Origin: Sphaerodactylus townsendi
Taxonomy: Eukaryota
DNA: 64,000 bases
Direction of reading: 5' to 3'
Assembly: GCF_021028975.2 (NCBI RefSeq)
Contig: NC_059425.1
Span: forward strand, 121,644,001 to 121,708,000
The notes beneath the pieces are model-generated. The model made no database searches. It was not told the origin of the DNA and saw only the letters and a list, made by a program, of their open reading frames with translations. Shown piece after piece: positions 37,000 through 50,477 of the stretch. A program made the translations under genes and the position numbers. The first letter of the stretch is position 1. The number at the start of each line of letters is the position of its first letter.

Positions 37000-37183
37000 A
37001 TGGCAGAAAGTGCTGTCAAGTTGCAGCCTTTTCAAGAGACAGAGGTGGTTTGCCACTTTCTGTGTAGCACTCCTGAATTTCTTTGGTGGTCTCCTATCCA
37101 AGTACTAATCAGGGCTGAAACGGCTTCGCTTCGCTTCCGAGATCTGACCAGCTAGGGCTAGCTTGGGACATCCAGGTCAGGGC
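37000..37183 (-). mobile_element. 5S rRNA-derived SINE (second copy)
   Basis: Minus strand GCCCTGACCTGGATG...GGTCAGATCTCGGAAGC...TTAGTACTTGGATAGGAGACC...TGGCAAACCACCTC. Confidence 0.75.
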
Positions 37184-38054
37184 AGCATTATGAGTCAGGG
37201 AGACAAATTTCCCTTTGCATACATTGAAATGTTGCAATCTGAGTAATGTAGTGCAAAGTTTAATGAAAGATGATTAATGAAATTTAGCTGCTAAAGTGCT
37301 GGGCTAACATTTTCCCCTTTAGAGTAATCCTAGACTAAGCACTCTTTATTCCTCCAGTGCTTTCTGACGTAAGAGTTGCCTGAAGGGAACACAGCCCTTG
37401 TCATGTTTCATTTCTTAAACAATACTGAAAATGGTGCTGAAGCTCAGCTAAATTGAGGAATCCATTTAGGGCCTGTCAGAAAGGCTCTGCAGAGGCCTCT
37501 GATGCTCCTCATTTCTGTTTTACACTCTTGTAATTTCCCAGTGGAGCTGCCTGGTCCTCAGAGTGATGACACTGAAACTAACCCTAATGAAAGGAGTGGA
37601 AGTTATGCTGACAGACGGGTTTGAAGGATGGAGTCCAAGCTGTGGAAACCAAGGACCTTGGCTACCCTAAGTTATCAAAAAGTGACTTCCTCAATAGAAC
37701 TTGCATGCCCTGAAAATAAGGATTCCACAGTTCATACAATAATTTCCCTTGCGCTGCCCCATCATATATTAAAAAAACCTATTATGCAATTTATAAACAA
37801 CAGCTTAAGTTGTATGATTGCTTTTATAATGACACCATTCTTACAGCAGTAGTACTAAGCTATGAAGATAGGACTACACCAAAAAACAAACAGTTTCATA
37901 GTCCGTAGTTAACAAAATAAATTGCACAATTCCTTCAGTGATTGTAATAAACAGACCAAGCAGTGCTTGTTAAACTTATTAGAATTTCTTGAACCAGGTG
38001 ATGAAGGACTTAATTAAGTTCCATATGGATGGGAATCTTAAGAGGTGTGGAAAT

Positions 38055-38700
38055 TGTTTTTTAAAATGTAAACTTTTATTCATCCATTAACAGTATTACA
38101 ATATAATAAAATCATTATAGTAGCATCAAAGAAAACTAAACAACTATATCCATTAAAAATGTTTCTATACACTACTTGTTTCCAACACCGTAACATCCAT
38201 CATATATTACATCTAAAAAGACTTCCTGCTACAAATATTATTATACATATCACCTATAATTGTATCATGTTTATATCATTAATTATTTCAATTGTTTTCA
38301 CCAACATTCAAACAAGAGGGAGGAAATTTAAAAATCCCTTATTAAATTCAAATTCCATTACACCTTACATCAGACAAACAAAAAATATCGTTTTCTCATT
38401 AACATTGAATACCTGTTGACAGAAACCTATATATATTTTTGTTCCATTCAAAAATTTTACTAATGGTTGTCAGTCTTCTCTAAATTTCTCCAAATTATGA
38501 TATTCCATGGACATTGTCAATTTATCTAAAAACGTATATTCTACCAGCTTCCCTTTCTTTGCTAACAGAGTTCTTGCTGCTGTGACCATATATGACACTA
38601 GTTTCTTGTTCTTGTCTAGCATTGGACATAAAATGTTTAACAGAAACATTTCCGCTCTGAATTTAGTACTGTGTCCTAGTATCTTTTCCATCCTGTTATA
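38055..38700 (-). mobile_element. L1-clade LINE 3' fragment
   Basis: YMVTAARTLLAK..K....DKLT resembles the squamate L1 ORF2 C-terminus; AT-rich 3'UTR with AATAAA and a short A tail on the minus strand. Confidence 0.65.
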
Positions 38701-39576
38701 AATTTAATACCAAATTGAAAACAATATTTTGCAAAGTTCAATAGACAATGCAGGAACAAAAGTATTTCAAATAATATTGTTGTAATTTCCTTTCCCAAGA
38801 AAATTTTCTTTCTTTCCTGTCTTCTGAGAAAAGAAACAAAGATCGATCTCCAAATCTAGTATTATAATGATGCCCAAACTCACATGCTGAATATCAGTTA
38901 TTTTTACTTACTCTTTTCATCTTCCATGTTGGTGTCTGTTTCATACTTGGCTCCAAGTTCAAATGTCTAACTGTGCTATCTAAGGTGGGGGTGAAGCTGC
39001 ATTGGAAGTGGTGTGACCCCTGCGCCGGCATCATTGCCACCAGCTCTGCACAAAATGGCATAGATGCCTGGGCAGAGGTACTTTCCTTGGCACTGTGTGT
39101 CTCTGTGGCACCCAAATCCAGACACTTGCCCTCACTCTGTTCACATGAGCAGAGCCAACCAGTGGAGTTTCGGTGGGGGAATGTTCCCTTTTTGTAGCGC
39201 AGGAAAGTCTAGCTCAGGAAAAAGAGCAGACAGTGAATGGTAATATGGCACAGCAATATAGCTCTATCTCTGGGAGAGAGAAGAAAGTGTACAATTGTTA
39301 GGTCTGTGTCTGGTCATGAGCTGACCTTGGACAATTTAGTCTGACTCTGGAGAAAGGGCATGTTGGGGTGGATGGAATCCTGTGTGTAAGAGAGGACCCA
39401 ATCTTGTGGCTAGCCAATAGAAGTCTGTGCCTGAAGCATTGTAGAAAAGTCTGACTACTCTGTGAAGTCATAACCAGTTTAAATTTTTGTACCTCAGCCA
39501 GGTTTCTACTTTGCCTACCTGGAAACCTGTGCTGGTGTTTGTTCATTTAAAATCATCATGTACATAAGTAAATCTT

Positions 39577-40021
39577 ACAGCACAATCCAGAGGGTTGCAG
39601 CAGCTGGAGACAGCTCTGTGCCACATCTGAGGAAATCCAGGTGATGTAGGGAAGCAGCAAAAAAAAAAGTCCCCTGCTGCTGGAGAAACCTCCATAGCCT
39701 GTAATGGACTTATGCCATCCTTTCAGGTAGCATAAATTCGACTGCTATGCTGGGCGTGTTCCTGGGCTGAAAGCCTGGTAGAAGCTGACTAAGGTTGGTT
39801 CCACCCCCAGGAACACCCCTAGCCTTTCCACAGTTGCGCTAGTGGCCAGGTTGAGGCCAATGCAGCTCTTGGACCGAAGCCCACTTCCAGATCACCTCCC
39901 TTTTTGGCCCTCCCTGCTGGCATAAGTACCACATACACTGGCAGGGTGGGCAAACACACTGGCGCAGTCCAGTGCCAGTCCCAAGAACTGATTCGTGCTC
40001 CCCCCCTCATGATTGGGCTGT
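39577..40021. mobile_element. Old MITE-like element
   Basis: ACAGCACAATC...GATTGGGCTGT imperfect TIR. Confidence 0.4.
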
Positions 40022-40537
40022 CCATTGTTTATATATTAATCCACTCTCAGTGATCTCAATAATTTTCTTGTGCATTACAGAACTTACCTCTTAGCAGTGA
40101 ATTCCCTGTGGAAAAACAGGAAACTGAAGGGAAGGTTTATGGTTCAAAATGAATCTGAAACCCAAAAAATCTTAGGAGGGTGTGTGCATCCTTTAATTAG
40201 TAAAAAAGAATGCTTGCCATAATATGTGTTTTCTGGACATCATTCTAAAAATAGTAAATTAAACTGTCCAGTATTATAGAATGCTGGAGATCAGGGTAGA
40301 TCTTGGCTGTAAAATCCATGACTTCTGGATATTATTTGTAGAACTTAGTACCTCACTTTTAATTTCCCCAAACCTGGCTTTTTTCAATTGTAAGATGGGG
40401 TTTTGTTCTTTTTAAAAAATTAATGCTTTTTAATTTTCATTTCACTAACTGAACTATAGAAATGCGGTGCTTAGCCGTGTGATTGGATGTTTTATCTGGT
40501 GATCAAACTGCAAGCGGACAAACTGATCCAACTCCAT

Positions 40538-40742
40538 GGGGCTCTGGCTCAGTGGCATACCAGCCACTTGGCGTGCAGAAGGTCCCACATTCAAACCCTG
40601 GCATCTCCAGTAAGGATCAGATGGTAGATGGTTTGCCTGAGACCTGGCCTGAGTCCCCGGAGAGCTGCTGCCAGCCTGAGTAGACAATACTAACCTTGGC
40701 GGACCAAGGGCCTGATTTGTAAAAGGCGGTTTCATGCGCATG
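40538..40742 (+). mobile_element. tRNA-derived SINE with CR1-type tail (Squam2-like)
   Basis: GGGGCTCTGGCTCAGTGG A-box, CATTCAAACCC B-box-like, GAGAGCTGCTGCCAG...GGACCAAGGGCCTGA tail. Confidence 0.8.
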
Positions 40743-40911
40743 TAGCCTCTGCTGTAGATTCAGGTAGCCTCTGTTGTAGATGACTTGATGATGTATTTGT
40801 GAGTGCACCAACTTTTTAAAACTATTTAAAACCACTCCAGACTCTAATTTAAAAAGGCAATTCACGTTAACAGGTCATTGCCATGGTTAACCTTTGGTGT
40901 TTTCTTTGCAG

Positions 40912-41479
40912 GCTGAAGGAAAATGGAGGCCGTGTGCATGCTAGAAAAATTGAAGATTTATGGGAACTGCACAGTGACTATGACATCGTAGTGAACTGCT
41001 CTGGCCTTGGCTCTCGGAAGCTCATGCGTGACCGGGAGATATACCCCATCAGAGGACAGGTTCTCAAAGTTCGTGCCCCTTGGATCAGACACTTCATTCG
41101 TGATGGGGATGGATTAACATACATCTTTCCAGGGATACACGATGTGACTTTAGGTGGGACAAGACAAAAAGACAACTGGAGCCTGTCCCCTGATCCCCGT
41201 ACCAGCAAGGACATCCTCAGCCGATGTTGTGCTCTTGAACCTTCACTTCACAAAGCTCAGGATGTAAAAGTGAGGGTAGGTCTGAGGCCAGCCAGGTCAG
41301 CTGTCAGATTGCAAAAAGAGGTATTGGTTCGAGGCAGCGAGAAGCTACCGGTTGTCCACAATTATGGGCACGGCAGTGGTGGCTTTTCAGTGCATCAAGG
41401 TACAGCCAAAGAGGCAACTCGGTTAATTAAAGAATGCGTTGTAGCACTGGAAATGTCCAGGTGGAAGGCAAAACTATAA
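40912..41479 (+). CDS. DDO: DDO last coding exon
   Basis: ttctttgcag|G CTG AAG; VVNCSGLG, RGQV, GLRP, HNYGHGSGG; C-terminal PTS1 AKL*. Spliced CDS 172+109+177+568=1026 nt = 341 aa, with H54, R216, Y223, R237, R278 and S308 at the DDO active-site positions. Confidence 0.97.
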
Positions 41480-41784
41480 ACTCCAAGGAATCTTTCTCTT
41501 TTTAACGAGGAACCTAATTGGATCAGAATGTTCTGAAGTAATGAAGTTGGGCTGTAGGGTTCTCAAGTGCATGTATAACTTTTGATTATTCAACACTTGT
41601 GAGGCAATGTGAGACAATGTGAAAGCTTTATCTGTACTGTTTAGTCTGTAGTGAGCCATTCAGATACCAGCTGTCACTGCATGTGACATTAGGTGATGAA
41701 TCTGCATAAGTCGCAAAAACACCACTTTTTAAAATGTTTTATTTTTGTAAATTATATACATGATTAAACTAACACTGTGCCTCG

Positions 41785-41885
41785 GAGAGGAGCAGATTTT
41801 TCCCTGACATGCCTCTGAAGATGTCAACCACAGATGTGGGTGAAACACATGACCACTAAGCCCAGAAAACTCACAACAACCAAAA
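41785..41885 (+). mobile_element. Penelope-like element relic with partial hammerhead core
   Basis: CCTCTGAAGATGTCAACCACAGATGTGGGTGAAAC, homologous to the minus strand of 44002-44190; cleavage-site segment deleted. Confidence 0.7.
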
Positions 41886-44001
41886 CTATTTCATTTCATT
41901 TATTATGTTTATAGTCTGCCCTCTTACAATGAGAGTCAAACTCAGGGCATCATGGTTAAAATAATATATATTAATTGGTAACAATTAAAATTATCTTTAA
42001 ACATCTAAATTTAAATCTCCCTGGCGCCCTTAATAAAATTTAAACTCAAATGGGAAACAGCCAGGGAGGGAGGGAAAATAGAAAAGGAACACAAGGAGCA
42101 CAAGGAAAAGGCTTAACCAGAATTAACAAATAACAAATAAATTATCAATTAACTGAAAACAGTAAACAAATAGTGGTAAGGAAGCCAGCAAGATGGAACC
42201 GTCACTGTCTCAACCATAGGCCTGGTGGAACATCTCCATCTCGCAGGCCCTGGGGAATGGAGCCAAATAGGGCCAGTTCTCAGTACAAAGAAATAGAAAC
42301 AGCAACAGAAATAACACATCATATACCACACTTTTCCATAGCTCAAAGTATAAGGGTTAAAGTTAAATCTAAATTGAAGTTTTGCTGCCAGTAAGGCAAA
42401 CAGCATTTCTGTTATTGATTAACAAGGATTTTGTTGTCTGATACCTTATTGGGACAGCCTCCCTTAGCTTCAATCACTTCAAGGTCTGACAAACTTTATC
42501 AATCCATTTTTATATTCTATTTGACTCCAATTTCCAATTACTGTGCCATAACAATTTAGCTGCTAATGTGAGATCCAAAATCATATTTAATGAGATATAA
42601 GTCCCAAGAGACTGATTTGCAAATAGGTTGTATCCTGTGCCAGTTTTGTAGCCCTGTAATTGAGAGTGAAAATGAGATTAAACAAAAACAATTTTGGCTG
42701 TATAACTTAATACCTTCATGCTTGCTATTCTACCAAACTAAAATAGTTGAGGCTCAGGCCAGCTATGTAATTCTTGAACTGGGTTCCATAATTTTAGGTA
42801 ATTATTTGCAAATAAATCTGCTATAGTACATAGCATCAGCAAACCTAAAAATCTTATCAGATCCACAGGTTCCATTACATCTGTATTTGATTTCCTTTTG
42901 TTGACATCTATATTCACTTCTAACCAATCTATTTTGTTTTATTTATTGTGTATCCATAACCTTTTCTCTAATTTTGCACCTAGAATAAACTGTTTTATTC
43001 AGTACCATTACTTCTTAATGGAATTGTTTCTTACAGACAGTTATTGTTCATATGATAATCTGTGGTTCCAAATCTTACTTAATACTCTTGTTTTTAAACC
43101 TACTACTTTTCAGATTCTGCTGATCTGTTATCCAGTTTAAAATCTCAGGAGTTCATGCAGCAGAAGTGTACATTTTAAAAAGTAACTAATTTCATCTAAG
43201 TTAACAGAAGATTGTGCTTTCTGTTTTTCAAAGGAAAAGTGGACTGGGGAGAAAGTAACCTCTGCTATCTTATTTGGGGTTTTTCACATCATAGAGTAAC
43301 TGCATTTTTAGGGCAGTTCTTGCAACTGAAAATGGACTCCCAAAAGGCTAATCTATAAACAGAGGAAATGTTAATCCTTCTTTATCAGCAAATGGAAGAT
43401 AAGGCACACATCTATTGACTCAGATATTCCATAGTTCCTAGGGTATTTTTAACACAAATTTCCCCAAACATTTTATTCCACCAGCATTCATTATTTGAGA
43501 TCTCCCAACTCACCCTTTCAATTCACTTGTGTGAAGCAGAGTAGAGGAAACTCTGGTCTGAACCAGTAGGGCTCTTTCCATGCTTACTTTTAAGCAGAGC
43601 CAGTGGCTGGAGAAGGCTTAAAACCCCAGTTGATGGAGACTGCTTTTTGATCTCCGGCTGTTGCATAGCCAAAGAGCAGGTCCTGGGGCAAAGGGAGGCC
43701 TGCTGAGAAGTCAGAGGCTTCTAGAACCTTCTGTCTGTCCTGCCACTGGATTTCACCCTCCCTTTGGCTCACCCTTATGTCTGAATATAGCTATTTTGCA
43801 AGTCTATTCTAACCCCCTTTCCAAATAATTCTGGCCATGCGGAACTCTTATGTGACAGTAATGATTTTTCAGCACTTCAGAAGATTTTGGCATTTTGTTA
43901 CAGAGACTGTTAGAGGATGTAAAAGTGAACTGTGTTTGTCCAAGGTACTTATTCTGTACCATAACATTTTCAGTCATTTGGATTTTGACAGTGCTCTGCT
44001 T

Positions 44002-44190
44002 TGTCGAAGGCTTTCATGGCTGGAATCACTGGAGTGATGTGTAGTTTCCGGGCTGTACGGCCGTGTTCTAACAGCATTCTCTCCTGACGTTTCGCCTGCA
44101 TCTGTGGCTGGCATCTTCAGAGGCAAAACGTCTGGAGAGAATGCTGTTAGAACACGGCCGTACAGCCCGGAAACCACACAGCACTCCAGT
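44002..44190 (-). mobile_element. Penelope-like retroelement terminal-repeat fragment with inverted duplication
   Basis: 70-nt inverted arms 44028-44097 / 44121-44190; contains a hammerhead motif; related copies at 45467-45597 and 41785-41885. Confidence 0.85.
44082..44123 (-). ncRNA. Minimal type I hammerhead ribozyme motif
   Basis: Minus strand CCU-CUGAAGA-U-GCCAGC-CACAGAU-GCAGGC-GAAA-CGUC-AGG: stem I CCU/AGG, core CUGANGA/GAAA, palindromic ACGU stem III, GUC cleavage triplet. Confidence 0.75.
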
Positions 44191-45466
44191 ACCCTGCTTA
44201 ATTACAGAACAAAATTAATTACAGATTACAGTGCAAAAATGGTTCTCTTCCTTGCAAACAAAGGCAACTGATGGGATTATGGGACAATAGTTTGTTTCCC
44301 ATGCAATAAAATCAGAGTAGGTAAGTAGAGAAATAAATAAATAGAGAAATTCAGAAGAAAGTGATGGTCTTCTGGTGTGCTGTATCTATGTAATTCAGAA
44401 GTTTTCCCTGCTAATATTTCTTTTGTATGCCTGCTTTTCTCATTTTCCAGCAGAGGGCAGTATTGCCTCAGTGTAAATTGGTTAAGTTGGCCTGTTCATT
44501 CTGGCTACAGAATTGGGGGAAGGGGTGGGGTGCACTGCAGGGTTTTTGCAGGTTTTTTTTTTAAAAAAAAAAACTGCAGATGGCTTAGCTGGGTCAAAAC
44601 CTGAAAAGGAGAGACCAAAAAAATCATAATAGCACAGAAATTGTAACTTGGCGAAACTGTAATTTTGGTGAGATTTCCTAATAGAGTGCATCATTTCTGT
44701 TTAGAAGGATGGAGCAAAGCCATCCCGTGCATGTGCCTCACTGGCAGAACAAAAGGACAGTCAGCAAGTGATGCTTGTGGGTTAGGTGGATTGGCCAGTC
44801 CATAACTAGTATTATAGAAGCAAATACACAGCTTTGTTTGTGGGCTTCTATGGAAGCAGCTGCCATTTATTGTTGGGCACTGCAGTTCTTTCTGATGTGA
44901 GCAAGATCCAACCAGGAACACATACAACACCAAGAAGCTGCCGCTGTTATGCCAACACAGTGGGTTGCTCACTCTCCAGCCCTTCAAAGTGGAGAGCATA
45001 GCAACAGACTGAGCAGCAGACGGTGAGGCCATGGTCGGCTGTGGCTGTTGCCAAGGCTTTGGGGTGCTCAACCCTCTATTTGTTTCATTTGTTCCCATTG
45101 TCTGTATGCTGTTGGTCAAGTGAAGACAAAACAGTTTGGTTTAATATTCTCCTTGTGGCTGCTTATAAATATTGTGCAGAATCCCAGCAAAACCCAATTA
45201 TTTCAATGGGGATTTGAAGCATATGATTCCTTCCCATCTGAACCTGTGGCATTTTAAAGCGCTGTCCTTTGGCTGAGAATCACACTCATTTTTTGTATCC
45301 TTGGTTTCTATCAGTACCATATGCTGCCTGTAAATTAAAATCAGTAAATAAATTACTGTTCCTTAGTTTTCAGATCAGTTTTGCTGCACGATATCTCTTA
45401 CTTATGAAAAAAAACTTATAAAGCTGTAGGCATTTAAAAACTCAGTAGAAAACATAACAAACTCTG

Positions 45467-45597
45467 TACTGTCGAAGGCTTTCACAGCTGGAGTCACTGG
45501 AGTGTTGTGGGGTTTTTGGGCTGTATGGCCGTGTTCTAGCAGCATTTTCTCCCAGATGTTTTGCCTGCATCTGTGGCTGGCATCTTGAGAGGATCTG
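45467..45597 (-). mobile_element. Penelope-like fragment, hammerhead core mutated
   Basis: Homologous to 44002-44123; core reads CUCAAGA...CAAAAC. Confidence 0.8.
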
Positions 45598-46204
45598 ATC
45601 TTTTCAGAGAGAGAGAACGTGCAAGCTCAGCCCCAATATATATTCAACACACCTTCTACGTATATATACATTTTGCTCTGAGGAACTTGGGGAAATATTT
45701 TGAGCCTTACAGTAACCTGGTCCTGTAGGATAAAGCTGTGGGATAGTAACTTTATTTGAATACTTTGTTGTTGCCAAATTAGAAACCCGAAGATTTGTGT
45801 GCAAAGAGCTGCATAATGCTCTTCTTTATGACTGGGGATGCTGCTTTTCACAGCATTCTTACCTGAGTGGGAAAGTCTGCATGTGTTAAACTTGGCGTAG
45901 GTCCTCAGGATGGTGGTGTCATGCCTTCAGAGTATGTATAATATAACAACTGCCTCCTGTCAGAGGCAGAGTCAGGGAAAAGTTAAGAGAGAGAAGACTG
46001 AAATGTCTGTTTGCTTGTATAAACATGTACATGTCTCCTTTCCTGCCAGTTGTGATGCATTGAGGCATCTTACAAGGACCTGAACTATAGGAAGTAATTA
46101 AATCAACATTTAAAAAATTTAAAAGTACAACTTTCTTTTAAGGAGAGTCTGTCAATAAAATTATCTGGCAAATACTAATCTGAAAATAATCACCTTACTT
46201 TTTA

Positions 46205-46440
46205 AATTGAAAATGGCTAGCATGGATGCCTTATAACCACTGAGAAACCATGGGTCCATCATTGTGGCCAATCCAACAGTTTGAAGGGCGGGCCCAGTCA
46301 GGAGAAGATCTGAGATGGTGAGCAAACTCGTAACTGGAGAGACAATCCTTCGGATTAGTGGGTCCCAGACAGTGTAGGGCTTTAAGGGTCATGAGCAGCA
46401 CCTGGAAATAGACATGGTGTATTGATAGTAGCAACATGCT
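46205..46440 (-). mobile_element. L2 fragment
   Basis: FQVLLMTLKALHCLGPTNPKDCLSSY....LRSS remnant. Confidence 0.65.
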
Positions 46441-48064
46441 CCTTTCAATGAGTTAGGTGAACCCTCTCCATTGTACATCATTTTCAGTTCCCTCTCACAC
46501 CCTTCTCACCTGCAAATACCACCCCTGTTTGGACAGGGGAGTTTCATGACTGCTGCTAATTATCTAACTGTTCCCTCAGGGAAGTATCCATTTGCTTCAA
46601 ATTCAAACGTAATTCTTTGACTGTACAGCAGAAGAGTGGACAAAAGCGCCTTGTCCTTTGCAAAGCCCGGGAGAAGCAAAGTTACATTTAAAGCTGTACC
46701 TACACAGTGGTGGATATTGCACCACTGCAGCATTAATTTACAGCTGGGTTTTTCTGTGTAGACAAGCCAATCCAATTGCAAAGGATTGCTGTAGATTAAC
46801 AACTGCTCAGTATGCAGTGATGTGTGGATGCTGACAGATCCATTTCACATGGATGCAGCTCCTTATTCCTCCTCCTTTCCCATGATCACAACTTGCCACA
46901 TCTGAGCTTGGCTTTTCCCAAGAACCTACCTTTAAATGTCCACATTGGCCTGCCCCTTCACAAGCATACCAGCCTCTCTCGGAGAGTGATTCACTCCTCC
47001 CCGTTCTTCCTTCTGGATGGCCCCTCCTCTCAGTTACGCTGCCTCCTGCTTATCAGCTATCCCAGGGCTTGGATATGATAGCCTGCCAGTCCTCAGTCTC
47101 TGCCTCTGCTTTTCCCTAGCCTGGGCTGATTTGGTGTTTATTATTTTGGTGATTATTACTTGCCCTTGTGCAGGATTCTCTGCCCCCACCCTGATTTCAA
47201 TCCTGGCTTGCTGGTCGGTCTGGTTTACCCTGGCTTTTGTTGAGGCAGTGGAGACTCCATCTTCTTGGGCCCCAGGGTGGATTCCCCACCTGCATCTGAC
47301 GTTGTAGTTCCAGGTAGGGGGGCCATGTTGGCGCAAGGGAGGCTACTGTGATCTCTGTCATTGGGGTGGGCCACTGGGAATGTGTCTCCTGTGTTGGCAG
47401 CGGAGGGTCTGGTCCCAAGTATGGCTTCTGTATCTCTCCAGGCTGGGGAAAGGAGGGGGAGGGGGGGGGAGAGAAGCTCTGTCAGACAATAGCCTGTCTT
47501 TATTCTGGGTTTTTTTTCCCTTGCAAAGAATCACTGTGCTAAACATGAGATGTTTCAGAACAAGCTCATGTTAGCAGCCACCTGTTAAAAACTCAGCCTT
47601 ATGCTTGATATTTCCAAATCCTGATGAGTCTGTCCTGATTACTGAATATTGATATTCTTAGTGTGCAGTCCAGGAAGTTGATCAAAGCTGCTTGGGGACA
47701 GAGAAGAGATTTCAGTTAACTTCATTAAAATTCCATGTGTGAACAGAGATAACACTTTGAATGAGTTTGACAGATGCAGTTCAGCCTCAAGGGGCTAAAA
47801 CTGGCAGGGCTTTTTAGGCAGATGGAGAGCTCCCTTGGAGAGCAGAGCACAGGGGCTTTTATTACATCCATACAAAGAAAGCAAGCACAAGTACTGCTCC
47901 TTTTTCCATTCTCAGCTTTGCATTTTTGCCAAATAATATACAGTGCAGTCTCAGGCGAAAAAAAGTTTATACGAGCAGCGCATTTTATAAATCATATACT
48001 TGGATTCCTGTCTTCCTTTTGTGATGTAGGGGTTAAAGTGTTGGATCAGGATCTGAGAGACCCA

Positions 48065-48066
<2 letters not shown>

Positions 48067-48108
<42 letters not shown>
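48067..48108 (+). repeat. (CT)21 microsatellite after a truncated tRNA-SINE head
   Basis: Direct. Confidence 0.95.
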
Positions 48109-48111
<3 letters not shown>

Positions 48112-49575
48112 ACCATGGGCTTAGGCCAATATCATGCAATCAAGATCCTTTGCTCAGCCATCAGTAGAACCAAGAGCTCAAAAGCAACGGAGGCAAACAT
48201 TAACTTAGCAACACCAATAGCTGCGTCCCCAGCATCCCTGGAAATGTTGCTGCCACCCTCCAACCACAATGTGCTTTGCCATAACTGCATCCCTCCCACC
48301 TTAGCCATGGACAATCAGATCTGCACAGTGAACTGCTGGATACAGAAGAGTCACCATATGCTGAAAGCCACTGCAATTCAGCAACTTCTTGTATGAGGCA
48401 TTCTTAGCATGCATCTTGGCTCTTTATGTTAATTGTACTGTTTTGTGTAGGCCTCCTTAAGCTCTGTTTGGTAATGTGTAAAGAAAAAACATTTTTAAAA
48501 TAAGATTGTCAAGAGGACAGTTCCTATTATGCCATAAAGTCCAAGAGCTAATGTACAGCTTACATAGTCCACATGCCCGCCCATCTGGGACTTTTCTCAG
48601 ACATGCTCTGGAACCTCTCCGCTGGGAACTTAACTCCTAGGTGTATGTGGGTTAAATTTGAGTGCACCTGCTCTTAACCACTATGCCACTGCTGAGGAGA
48701 GCCCACTATGAGCCCACTGCGCACATAAAAGTATTTTTCCCTTTCATCTCCTGCTTTAGTTTTTGGGCAGACTGATAACTGCTGTTTGTACTGCCAGTTG
48801 ATGGCAAAATTCTCATAAGCACATTTCTGATACTTCATGAGAGATTCTGCCGCTTACTTGTAATGTAATGAGCAAAGAGAAAGCAGATAACTTGTACAGA
48901 TGCCTTTGTGCCTGAGTTCCAGTGCTTGTATGCAACTCCTTCCTAAACTCAATTAAGCAACATGCCTACATTCTCATGCACACAAGTATTATTGACCACA
49001 ACTAGTCATGATCACATTCTTTTCAACATTCAGCATTATGTGCAAAATGTATAGATGTTGGTGGTTATGTCCATTTTAGACTAACCAAACGAGATAAGGT
49101 GCAAGAGAAGTAGAAAGCAAAACAAGATTTATGTTACTAGTTTGAACTGTCTTGTTGACTTCCTTTGCAAGAAGAATTTTGCCCACCATGTCTGTATTGA
49201 TGACTATAACAGTACACTTACAGTGCCATCATAAGCAATTCTAATCAGAATCCTGCTCAATGAGGCATACCCCCAGAAAACACAGTAATGGTGGAGTTCT
49301 AAGCAGAATCACATCCTTGTTAGCCCACTGACTTCAATGAACGTGGAAGCGTGCAACTTTGTTTAGGATTCTGTAGTAAAACAAAATCATAGACTTTGTC
49401 ACTGTATTATTCAAAACCATTGTGATTTGTGATGGAGTCTACACAACAAGTGCTCTATGCCAGTAATCTTTACCCTTTTTTAAACCTGAGACCCACTGAG
49501 TTGAAAGTCTGTAACAGAAAAAGAGAATAATAAACACACACATCCAATATTAAGAAAAGGGCCACGGATATTAAG

Positions 49576-49790
49576 TAGAGTTGCCAGCTCAGTCTGGGTT
49601 AGGAAACACGTGGAGATTGTGGGATGGAGCATGAGGAGGCAGGTGTTTGGGGAGGGGAGGGACTTTAATGGTGTATAATGCCATAGAGTCCACCTTCCCA
49701 AGCAGCTATTTTCTTCAGGTGAACTAATTTCTGGAGACTGACTATAATCCCAGGAAATCTCCAGCCACTACCTGGAGGTTGGCAACCCCA
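49576..49790. mobile_element. PIF/Harbinger-type MITE
   Basis: TAGAGTTGCCA...TGGCAACCCCA imperfect TIR (AGGGTTGCCA type). Confidence 0.6.
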
Positions 49791-50477
49791 GTAGCAGCTA
49801 AACCCCTCCAGATGAAGTACAATGTACAAGTAAAGGAAAAGGAAAATTACTGTACTCCTGGCTGCTAGAAACAAAGCACTGAGGCATAGAAAGTACAATT
49901 TAATTATACAGTGCAAAGTGAAAGGTCAAACAATGATCAATGCTCCTCAGACGTAACTATGTACCATAGTCACTATGCTACAAAAACGGAATGAGTAAAG
50001 TGTTGCCTGGATTCAATTTGTCCTGGAGAGCTCCTGGGCTCACTTCCAAAAGTGTTAGGACAGTGTGTTTATATTTTCCTCAAGGGAGACTTATGTGGTA
50101 CTAGTGGTAGCTGTCCACAGAATGAAACATGCAGATTCTTTGGATTCTCTTGGACAGTGTTTGTATGTACTGGCTGAAGGGATTTGAACCTGGGTCTCCT
50201 TATTCCTATTCAACACTTTCTGCTACACCACACTCACTGTCTGACTGACTGCTGCGATACAGCTGGTAGATATGATGCGTTTGAACTCTACGAAGTGCTT
50301 TATACATACCAAATTTTATTGTGATTTCTCACATTTAAAAAGACTTCATAGTCTTTCACTTTCAACTGTTAAAATTGTGTTGCTGTGGCTTTTGTCTACA
50401 AGCTGTGAGTGCACTAATTCATATTCTTTTGTGTCGCAGCTCTTTAAAGAAAAGTCACACAAGCAGGTTTTTCAGGC

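Noticed and set aside
31858-37183. 5S rRNA-like and tRNA-like sequences as functional RNA genes
   Set aside because: Diverged, partial and fused to SINE bodies or tails.
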